Of a stretch of 64,000 bases of DNA, positions 1 to 12,000 are shown piece after piece. Numbering within the stretch: the stretch's first letter is position 1; each line of letters starts with the position of its first letter. Under the pieces are notes generated by a model. That model was given only the letters and a program-made list of their open reading frames with translations, was not told the origin of the DNA and did not search any database. The translations under genes were made by a program, and so were the position numbers. Origin of the DNA: Saccostrea cucullata (lineage: Eukaryota); contig NW_026929514.1 in the NCBI RefSeq assembly GCF_032062105.1, positions 1 to 64,000 of the forward strand, given 5' to 3'.

Positions 1-3000
1 TAGGTATCTTTCTTGCATCTCCTCCCTCAGTTTGATTTCCTTGGACAGGAGTTTTTTGTTGACGTCTTCTACTGTATCGGCCACTTTAGATGTCAGACTC
101 AGTTTTTCTGCCTGGTTGACGTGGTCTTTTTCTCTCAGTAAAATGTCCATTGCATGAATGCCCTCTTCCCTTCTTCTATTGGCGTCACTCAGTGATTGTT
201 GCAATTCATAAATTCTATAAAATGGAAAATAGATCTGTCAAGGGGAAGTACTCTTAATGAACTAAAGCCCATCTATACAATTGTTAACTTATTAATAATA
301 TTTTTTACTGACTGAAGAAAACGACAATTCAACCTAAAACTTTTATTTAACTTAATGTGATGACCTACTTTTTTGACATTTGTTGCTCCAGATTCCTCCT
401 TTCTGTGATTTCAGACTCCTGCTTTGCCCTCACGTCCACCAAGACATCTCGGAGTTCTGATAATCTACAAAAACAATTCACACAGTAATGATATAGCTGT
501 TGTATTAATTGCGGTGTGTTCCCATTTCGCCTTAACTGTGAAATTCGGGTAAGAAAAAGTTTAAAAGTACTAAGGCGAAATGGGAATTTTAGTATTTGTA
601 GATATTATCACTGGGTTGAAATAAAAATTTAAATGATAAAAAATTTTAGATTGAATTTACCAGTTAACAGGAATTCATGAATACAGTGAATGAAATAATA
701 GATGTAATACCAAGTATTTTTAAAAAAAATACTTTATACTAAATATATTAAATCTTCATCACCTTAATTCACCTGAGAGCTTACTAAGGCGAAATGGGAA
801 TGCTAAATTTTACAGTTAAGGCAAGATGGGAACAAACCTTAATTGCCACTTCTACTCTACTTTCTCAATTAAGTGGTAAAAAATTGTTCTTAATTAAGTG
901 AAACTTAAAGATTTTCACGAAATCTTTCTCATGCTTTGTTCAGAATGAAGAGGACATTATGTGTACCTGGTTTCCACCTGGCCTTTGAGTTGCGTTGTCT
1001 GTTGGTCTGTCTGTGACTGTATCGTGGATGTCTTCCTGAGAGCCTCCAGCTAAAACAGCAAACAAATAATTACCTGTTGTTTCTATTTTATCTTAGCTTT
1101 TAATTAAAATCTGAACAACAAAGAAAACAAAAAAACAGCTGAGTTAACAAATAAGAATTTTCACAAATGCAAGAAATCTTGGTCAGTTAGTACTGATTGA
1201 TAGATTCTTTTTTACTGATTGATACAAATATTGAGAAATTACTAGTACTGTCCAAACAATAAGCACAAAAGAAAATGCCCCCCTTATCCAAGCATCTCTG
1301 ATGTGCAGGATAAGGGTCATTCTATAAGGAAGCCTGACGGCTTCGAGAGTTGACATTGAATTTCTATTCTTAGTTTATCACGACAGAGCCTACTTCACAG
1401 CCGAGTGATTTTCTAAAGAAAATTCACCCGGCTATTGTCTCCTTCCATATAAAAGCCCCTGTGCCTTTCGAACGCGTTCTCTTTTTACAGTTAAGCAGAA
1501 TATTTGACATTTATTGAGAGATAATCAGGGTCGGGATCAAATACACTGCCATTAAATTATTGTAGATATATATATTAAATAGTAGACATGAGATAGGGAT
1601 GGGAAGGTCAACTCTCGAAGCCGTCAGGCTTCCTTATAGAATGACCCTTATCCTGCACATCAGAGATGCTTGGATAAGGGGGGCATTCTATTTCGTATGC
1701 CTTCTGGCATTCTCAAGTTGACATTGAATTCTTTAAAGCCTCTCAATAAATGTTAAAAATTCAGACCTTGTAAATTTATGCATAAGGAAAATTATTATCT
1801 TCTTAATCATTTGTGATTCCTCAGGTAATACCAATAGGATATAGAATCAGAACTAAAGAACACATGTTTATGAAAAACAGAAAAAAGAAAAACATAATCA
1901 ATATTTATTTTAGAAAATTAAACAATTGAAGTGTTATCATGTACATTGTTATACTTTCTTTCACAAAAATAACGTTCATAACAGTAACACTGAAAAAATC
2001 AAATCCTAGACTATTCATGTATTATGTCCATGATCACACAGTCACAGTTTCTCCTTCCTGGAAAGCACAGCGGAAGAAAATGAATTTTCATCCTGAATAT
2101 CTTTATTGTAAAATCGGTGGAAAGTGGTAGCTGAGGACCAATTCGCTGTAGAAAGTATGTCGTTTAGGGTGACCCCCGACAGGTATGCTGTTGAACATGA
2201 TGCCCCTCTGAAAGAATGTGCTTGAAATAAGGAAATATCTATACCAGAAAGTTGTAATACTCTTTTTAGCCATCTTGCTATTGAACTCGATGTTACTTGT
2301 TGGAATGTCTTAAAAGAAATCAAAAGTTGAGGAGATTTCCTTTTTTCTTTTGTTCTCTCTAAATAATGTTTTAATGTAAACACAGGACAAATGGATTTGT
2401 CGTGAAATGCATTTATTTTTATCAATGAATTCAAATTTCCCAATTTTGAGGTTTTCTGCAAGTCCTGAATAGAAAAACTTATAAAATTTTCTGTAATATT
2501 CATATTATCAACATTCATTAAACTCAGAGTCTGAGATCTTTGCGCTGAAGTCAAAGCTAATAATGCAGTAGTCTTATACGTCAGCATTTCCAATTTTAAT
2601 TCTTTTAATGGGAATTGTTTTGCTAAAAAACTCAAAACTTTTTGCACATCCCAAAATGATCTGTATTTTGGAATGGGTGGTCTGAGATTAAATATTCCTT
2701 TCATGAATCTATAGCAATGAAAGCATTATCTACAAATTTAGAATTTCCCAGGGATGCTAAAGTTTGTGAAATAGCACATTTATGTGTATTGATGCAACTG
2801 TAAGATTTATTTTCTAGACAAAGAGTTGTCAAATAATTAACAATGTTTACTTCATTTGGTGCAATGGGATCAACATTTTGTTTACTACACCAATGCATCC
2901 AAGCTTTCCATGGATATTGGTACTGTTTAGCAGTGGAGTTTCTCCACGATTTTGCCATGATTTTTGAAGCTTCTTTTGAAACTCCTTTCTTTTGGAGATA

Positions 3001-6000
3001 TCTCCGGATACACAACAACCTATCAGAAATAACTTTCTCTTGTTCATTGGGTGTAGAGCATTGTTGTGTGCTAGAGTTAACAGATCTTTCTGAAAAGGTA
3101 GCTTGACTGGAAAATCTATTAAAGCGGCTAGTAATCGGGGGAACCATGTTTGAGTCGTCCATAATGGACATACTAACAACACTCTTTTTACCTGTTCGTC
3201 CTCTATTTTCTGCAACACTTTTGCCATCTGACTGAAAGGTGAGAAAATATATGGATCAATTAGATTATTCCATGATAAAGAAAATGCATCAAATTCAATT
3301 GCATTTGGATCTGGAAACCATGACACATAATTATTAGGTAATTGTGTATTCAATCTAGATGCAAAAAGATCGATCTTAGGTTTAAAAAATCTTTTACACA
3401 GTTTTCTAAATACACCTTCATTTAACATCCACTCAGTACAATCATTAAACTCTCGTGACAAATAGTCAGGGATTTTATTATCTTTCCCTGGAATATGCAC
3501 TGCTGATATAAATATGTTTTTTCTGAAACACCAATTCCAAATATTCTTTGTCTCTTCTAAAAGTGACAAAACAGATCCCCCAATTCTATTTATATAGGCC
3601 ACTGCTGTTGCACTATCTGATTTCACACAGATATGACAATTATTGTAAAATTTACAAAGGGCAAGCAGGGAAAAATAAATTGCTCTCAACTCAAGTTTAT
3701 TTATATGCAACAAACTCTCCAAAACATCCCATCTGCCTTGTGTAGAATTTTTTGTAAAATTCCCTTCTTTAAGTATTGCTCCCCAGCCAATTAATGATGC
3801 ATCAGACTCAATGTATATCTGAGGAGCAGTTGGTCTAATTGTTTTACCATTGTAATGTTTTAAATTTTCAATCCACCAATTTATCTCACTTTTTGATTCT
3901 TGAGAAATAATCATTTTTCTATCGTAATTCTGAAAATTCTTTTCTAATGCTGTACATTTGTCCCTGTCTAAATATCTATGATACAATGGACCCAATTGTA
4001 TTGCTGTACTTGCCGAATTATATAAACCAATCAAAGCAGTAACTTCCCTAATTGAAACTTGATCTTTTCTCAGAATATCAGAAGATAGATGTAAAATCTT
4101 CTCAACTTTCTCATCAGGTAATAAAAACTTAAAACTCACAGAATTTACAATAAATCCCAAATACTGAATTTGTTGGGAAGGAAAAACCATTGATTTTTCA
4201 GAATTTATATGAAATCCTAAATCTCTGAGGGTTTTTATTAAAAATTCTGCATTTGATCTACAATTTTTTATATCCAAATCTTGATTCAATGAATCATCTA
4301 TATAATAAAAGCAACAAATTCCCATACTCCTCAAGTACGAAAACACAGGTTTCATAATTTTTGTAAAACCCTTGGAGCACTAGACAAACCAAACGGAAGA
4401 CAAGTAAATTCATATAATGTATCTCTCCAAATAAACTTGAGATATTTTCTTGAAGTATGATGAATTGGGATTGAAAAATATGCATTTTCTAAATCAACCG
4501 AAGTAAAATATGCATCTTGTTTTAGCAGTTCTGCAACATGATGTAAAGTTTCCATCTTAAAATGATGGTATTCAACAAACTCATTTAATTTCTTCAGATT
4601 AATAACAGGTCTAAATTTTCCATTCTTTTTCTTGACAAGAAAAATGTTTGAAATAAACTCATTTTCCTCATGTTGAGATTTTTCAATTGCTCCCATGCTC
4701 AGCATTTTTTCAACCTCATCATCAATCAAAGCACACTCTGTATTGTTAAAATTTGGAGTATTTGGAATACAGTTTTGAATAGGTTCTTGTTCAAATTCTA
4801 TTTTATACCCAGAAATAGTCTCTAAAATCCAATCATCATCTGTAATAAGTTTCCATATATCTACAAAATATTTTAGGCTGCCTGCCTTAAAATTAGTTAC
4901 CTCTAATTGTAGTAACTTCTGCGCAGATTTCTCCTGCCTCTTGCTCCCCGTACAAAGCTCTTGTTCTGGTCTGTACTGTAGCTGAACTGTCCTGTTCTGT
5001 ATCTCCCTCTCTGACTGTAACTCGACTGAGGGTTTGTCATCATTCTGTTGCCTCGACTTCCTCGAAAGTTTTTTGAGAAATAATTCCTATTTATTTTTTG
5101 TGCATCGTTTATGTCTTTCAATCTCTTTCCGACATCTTCAAATAACTTGTTATCCCCTATTTTTTCATTTCTATTGCAAAGCTGATGATACCTTTTGTCA
5201 ATGAACGGTTTCATTAATAATCGTCTATTTACAGAAATTTCAAAAAAGGCATTCAAAAGTACTGTTAGTGAGTCTGATATGCATTTTTTCAACTTTTTTG
5301 AATCTGGTGATTTACTTTTTAATTCCTCAGCCATTCTAATAATAGGGACAATGCCATGGCCCAACAGTTTCTGTACTGTTTGTAAACCTAAATCTTTAGA
5401 TTTTATGTTTCTATCTAAGAAATGCCAAATTTCAGAATTAACTGCAGGAGGTGACAAATCTTTACAGTTTGATGGAATTTTTAATTCTTTGACAATAGAC
5501 TTAACATCTGACTTTTTCTTCACAATTGATTGCACCATTTTAGAAATATTTTCGTTGGTTTCCTCACCAAACTTTTCATCGTCTTCAAATATTTTTGGCA
5601 TTTCGCTCAAAAAATCGTCTATCTCGTTATCATTTTCAAGGTCTTGCTGTTCATTGTCTGAAAAAATATCATGGTGAGACTCTATCTCATTTGACATGCT
5701 TTGGTCATTTTGGTCATTTTGATTTGTACATGTGGTACTAGACTTGCTTTGGTCATTACATGTATTTACAGGTGGGTTTACACTTCTATTGGTAATAGCT
5801 TCTTGAGAACTCTCATTAATTTTTCTAATAGCAAAATTTGCAGTTTCCAACACTTGGTTTAAAACTTCATCCATTTTATTTTGCCAAATAGTTTCTTTAT
5901 TTACTTTTTGTTTTTTGGGGTTTTTTCCGGTTTTAGACTGACCCGGTTTGCGTTTTCTTGTGCCTCTTGCACTTCCGGTTTGTTTATTTGTAGAATTTAC

Positions 6001-9000
6001 AGATTGAGGCAATGTCGCCAAATCATGAGATTCTGACGCCTGCTCTATAATTTCGTCAGCCAAATTTTTATCAAGTTCGAACCCCGAGAAACTGCCCTCA
6101 TCTTCAGAGGCAAATAATTGCATGATATCGTCGGCATGAGCCTGACGTGTATGTCGACCCTTCGAAGTCGAAGGTTCATCGTCTGACATGATTATCGCCA
6201 AAATAAAACGTTTCAATTAGAAACTAAACGTAAGAGCAGCAGAAATATCTGGAAAAAAACGAAAGGATGAAGTAAATTTACTTTTAATGTAAGTAGAAAC
6301 CCGAAATACAACCCGTGTCGGGTACAACTCAAGATAAAAAATCCCACCACGTGCGTGGCAAGAAAAAATAATGGTCATTCGAGTCGGATGACCACCTACC
6401 GGTTCTGTCGCCTAAGAATAAAAAGAGAACGCGTTCGAAAGGCACAGGGGCTTTTATATGGAAGGAGACAATAGCCGGGTGAATTTTCTTTAGAAAATCA
6501 CTCGGCTGTGAAGTAGGCTCTGTCGTGATAAACTAAGAATAGAAATTCAATGTCAACTTGAGAATGCCAGAAGGCATACGAAATAGAATGTGATGGCAGT
6601 ACAATATTTAATATAGTCTATGTTGTTAACTTAATCCAGTAACCTGAAAGTTAAGGAATAAAACAACACACTGCATCAGAATCCTGAAGGCTATGGTGTC
6701 ACAAAGAGATACGGGTATACAATGAAAGCTGTGAATATTGCCTTATCACATCAATACTCGATAAAACTTAAAATAAAAACACATACCCCTGCATAGATTC
6801 CTAAAAGCCCTTAAATTCTTCAAAGTGAAAGCATTATGTGCATGCATTCTCATAAATAATATTGGCAAAATTGAAGTATTAATTATACCAAAGTTGAACT
6901 CACTTTCTGTTAAAAAGAAATGAAGATTAAACTAACTTCTGCATAACTGGATGTTTACTAGGTATCTTTGATGGTTCAGATATCCATTATTAAATTTAAA
7001 AAATCACAATTTAAGCTAAAAAAAAAGGTAAACAGATAAAAAAAGAAGCTTTAAAAGCAATATAATTAAGCTTTATTTCTGCATTGCTGTTCTACAAATC
7101 TTAATCAAAATTGAGAAATCTAGAGTTATAAGTATACATTTTTTTTGGCTTATTTCATTGCTGAATATAAAAAATGTACTGCTGCAGTAATGAATTGATC
7201 TATTATTATGAATAATCAAAATATGAAAGAAAATATAGAAAGAAGGCTTGAAGAAAAATAGACTCTTTTCAAAATTGCCACTAAATCTAAAGACCTGGTA
7301 ATAAAAAAATGAAAACTCTATACAAGCTCTAGCTATTTCATTGCAAAAAGATACTCAGATTTAATACAAGTTCTTTAGTCTATCACTGGAATTATCTGTA
7401 CAGCAATTAAGTTAACAAAGATTTGATCCAACAATTTTTTTAAAAAAAGGTGAAGCATAAGGGAGACAACTTGTGTCCGACTCTCTTTTACTACAATATA
7501 ATGAGTTACCTCCTCTGCCTGTGTGCATTCAATTTTATCAAATACAAAAATTAAGTCAAGAAAACACATTAAATTTAAATCTCTTGCTGTCAACATATTA
7601 AGCTAAATAATATAATGACAAAAGCTAAGGCTTTTCACTTTTTAATAGGCACCCTTCAAACTATTGCAGTGATCAAATCTTATTTTCTTTCAATTTGGCT
7701 TCATAAGGAACAATTAAAGTACATGTACTGAAATATTTATTTCATATTTTTTGTGACTGCAGAATCCACGACAACTTGGGTGTTAAATTTAAAAGAAGAT
7801 TTAGATTTACTAGCCATTTTTATGGTGTAAAATGTGTAGAAAATTCAAAATAAAATAATTAACCCTAAAACTTATTATTACTCAGTGTATTAAAGGGAAA
7901 CTACAATAATAATGCCATATTACACATGGGTCTTATATATCCATTGCAAAGTTACTTTAAAAGTAAAAAATAATAATGAGTACATAATTTGGGAGGAAAG
8001 TCTCTAACTCAAATAATCATATACATTTGATTGAAGTACAATGTATAATGCCTAGATTATAAGACATACCCTAGATTTCAACTTTGCCTGCATAAATGCA
8101 ATTGATTGTGACTTGAATGTGCAAATAAAAATTTCATTAAAACTGTAAATATTACAGGATGGTGCAGTTATGTGCATTGAGTAATATTTTCCTCTCATTT
8201 TCTTAAAATAGAATTGTCATTTGGGGGTGAACAGAATCAGTATTATGTTTCCCTCAAAAATGAATGTCCAGTTTATATGTCAACATTAAACACAGCTAAA
8301 TAAAATGCTTTTTGATGACAACATTATCACATCTAATGAAAACTAACAAAAGAAAACAAAATTATAGACATTTTATATTTGATTTGAGTTTTTGGACTCA
8401 TTTATCAAACATTAATTCAAAAATCATTCCAAATCAATCACAATCTATATTCACATTTATGGTTATATAATCACACAATAGTAACTCTAAATACCTTCGG
8501 AACCCCTCTGTTTTTTACCTGATTTCTGTTGTCATCCTCTAGTTTTTTGGACTTGTTTCTGAGGTCTGAGGAGACTGTACCCAGTTCAGCGGACTGCTGT
8601 TCTACTTTCATTTTCAGGTTTCTGATGTCATCAGCCATGGAGAAACAAATTCGCTCAAGCTGATTCTTAGCACTTTGCAAGTCCTCCATCTCTGCTCGCA
8701 TCTCTACGAGTCTGAAAATTCACAACTTTTATAATAAATTTCACAATATACATACAATAAATATAAAATAATACTTATTATTTTGACTTTAGATCATTAT
8801 ACTTATAATAATTGCACTCTCATAAAGAAGCTTAAATTATAGGGCCAGCCTCTAAATTACAAATTACATAATTATTATCATTAAGGATTGAATATCAAAA
8901 TTTACATATTAGAAAGTCAAACTATACATTATTTTGAGCTAGATGGGATTACAAAAAAAACCTTTGAAAGAATTCGAGATATCATGGGTAAAGTAGTTAA

Positions 9001-12000
9001 AGAATAATTTAAAGTTGTTCAGACCTCAAAATCACTTTGAACAATCCATGGTATTTGATATACATGTATCAGTGTTCAAGATAAAGAAGTTCAAATGTAT
9101 CAATTACATGTATGTCTAAAATAAAAAAATACGTAAAAATAACTTCTTTTTCATAAATCTAAGAGACCCTTTTGCTCACTTTTGAGACTGCACATCTTTT
9201 TTGGCAATCAGTTCATTTTGACTGCTTTTGACAGCTTGCTCCACCCCTTTTGTGTGATTGACAAGTGTTGACAGGGATGATTTCTCTTCTGCCAGCTTTT
9301 CTTCTGCATCTTTGATTCTAGCACTTAACTGGGAGATAAGTTCGTTGTTTATTTTCATGGCGGATTCCAGGTTATGCCTAGAGCCCTTTTCCTCTCGCAG
9401 AACCTCCTCATTTCTACGATTTGAGGATTTTACATCACTCTGTAGTCTAAGCACCTCCTCTAAGAGGGCTCGATTTGATTTTTCCGCTACATTCAGTCGG
9501 ACTTCTAACTGGCGAATACGTTCATCTGCATCAAAGTCAAAAGTTGGATTGATTCCACCTGGACTAGCTTTCCGTCCATTTATAGGAACGAGACTTTTAT
9601 CTGGTCTGGGGGAATTTATTTCAGGAAGATAGGCGTACTTGGAGGGGAACTGGGTGGCGACAGGTGGCCTGAAAAAAAAATCAACAGTTTTTACAACAAA
9701 TCAATATGACTTGTATATGTGTAATTGAACTTTCCCATTATTTTAATATTGTACAGTTATGTTACTTAATGTCTAATCAGATAATTGAATTATATTTTCG
9801 ACCCTTTCGATCCTTTCATTTGGGCGAATGTTAAAATGATTATTGGGCTAATAAAATGCACAAATATAATACAGTATAATTTCTTTAATAAAACTATGAT
9901 TGGGCTAATTTAAAACGGGGCAAAATTGTTTGCAAGTGTGAAAGGGCGAAAATAACCCTGTATACATATCATTTTAATATCGTGCAATTGTGTTATTTAA
10001 TGTCTAATCAGACTTAATTGAATTAAATCAAAATATGAAAAAAATAAATTCTGATCAATTTCACTTAAGAAATATACAACTTATGTCTACAAATGATTAT
10101 TGGTTCTAATAAAACTCTTTCAATATGCATATGCATGCAAATATATACTTTTTTAAAAGCTGCACCAATTGTTAATATGTTAAGTAATAATAAGAGCAAC
10201 ATTTCTTTAGTACATATAGACTACTATTTGAAAAACAATAATGTTAAATTCTTAATCTAGAATTATAATTTCAAAAGTACTGCATGGGTATATTGATGAA
10301 AACTTCAAGCAGTTTATATTTCTGTGACTGTTCATTACAAGCATTAAAAAGAGCTATCTCCTCTTTCAAAGGACTAAAAAAGGAATTGATTAAACACAAA
10401 TTACTGGCAATGAATGTCCTCCAATATGATTATAAATTTCAAAAAATCCTTAATCATATAACCCTTCAGATTCTGTAGCATTTTAATTATATTCAAAGCT
10501 GTTCAGTGAGTACTCCGATTAGTAGATCAAAGTACTTTTTAGAGTACATGTATATACTCATCCATCAACCCTGAGGGACAGTGAGGTTGTTCATCCAATA
10601 ACCTCAATTTTATTTCTGAGAGTTTTACTTTTCTTTTCTGGCCTAGGCCATTCCAAGTTTTTTCTCTGTTTAGCGTCCACCCATCTTTCAAAAACCTAGC
10701 TACCTATTCGCAAAAAACACACAAGTCAAAAAAAAGAACCCCACATATTTTATATTTAATAAAAATGACGTACTGTAGATCACTTAATTTTCGCGACACC
10801 TTATTTTCGCGAGATAGTCATTGACTTTTTATTAGCGAGACAAAATTTTCACAAATTGTAGTCATTGCTTTATATAATCTTAAGGAATTCTATTATACGC
10901 GAGAATGAAATTTTTGCGAGCATACTCACTCGCGTCATTACGCGAAAATGAAGTTCTCGCGAATAAAAAGTGATATACAGTAATTCAAAACATATGATTT
11001 CATTTATCTATTTTTCATAAAGAAAGTTATTTTCTTCAGCAAAATTAAGGTATCAAATACTGAAACTATTCCAAAAATGAAATATTATACAAATATTTAG
11101 AGATATTGCCGGAAATCACAAATTTTTACCTGAATAATTAATTTTCAAACTCCTGATTCTGTTTGTTTTTTCTGACATGGGGTGTCAAAAACCCAAGGCA
11201 CACGCGGACGCTAAACAAAGAAAAAACTTGGAATGGCCCTATAAATCCTATGGCAATATCAACTGTAAAATCAGGTAAAATCCCCCTCACATTTGGATGA
11301 AAGCCACTTCAATTTTTTTTTATTCCTTGAAGGGTACAAAGTTGAGTATTACCCATACATATGGACATTTTATTGAATTACACCCTCTACATGGCATCAT
11401 TCGAGTCTGAGAAGGACTGAGGTGGTTTCAGATTGAAAAAAAAAATGAGCATTACATATTAAACTGAATCCTAGCTTATGCATACTTTTGATTTTCCCAA
11501 AGGTAATAATTTCTAAAATTCTAATGAATTTTTTTCCCTTAACTTTTTGATATTTTTTGCAGAGCCAAACAGAAAATGAAGTCCCATAAACAATACCAGT
11601 AAATATATGTGAATGTAGATAATTTAAAATACTGTATTCACCCCCATTTTATTTTTGCCCCTTTCACCCTTGTCACGAGTTGATGAATTTAAAATGGTGT
11701 GAATTCAAAGAACAAAGTATAAATTCTTAAACAGAACTGGAACTGGGCGAATTTCAGACGAGGCAAATTTGCAAGCAAGTGTAAATTAATGGATGAAAAT
11801 AACATGGGGCAAAAATAACCCTGTATACAGTAAACAGTTTTGCTGGCACATGGGCTGTAAAAAAATTAATAAATTACACCACACTCAATCAATTTAAAAG
11901 GGTAAAAAGAAATGTTTGACTTTTTGACTAATGAAATGCATTCTAGATTTATAGGCACATCCTTTGAACTTAAATTTTAAAATATTCTTTTTTTAAGTAA

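Larger units (their letters stand above)
1274..6590 (-). mobile_element. Full-length DIRS1-like tyrosine-recombinase retrotransposon
   Basis: Carries gag, RT-RNaseH-methyltransferase-like and YR ORFs. 140-bp ITRs (1348-1487 / 6419-6558) with non-identical terminal extensions; ICR 1607-1730 complementary to both ends; shared AATG core at both ends. Confidence 0.95.

Noticed and set aside
5195-5677. 160-aa plus-strand ORF
   Set aside because: Antisense shadow of DIRS gag with no recognisable motifs.
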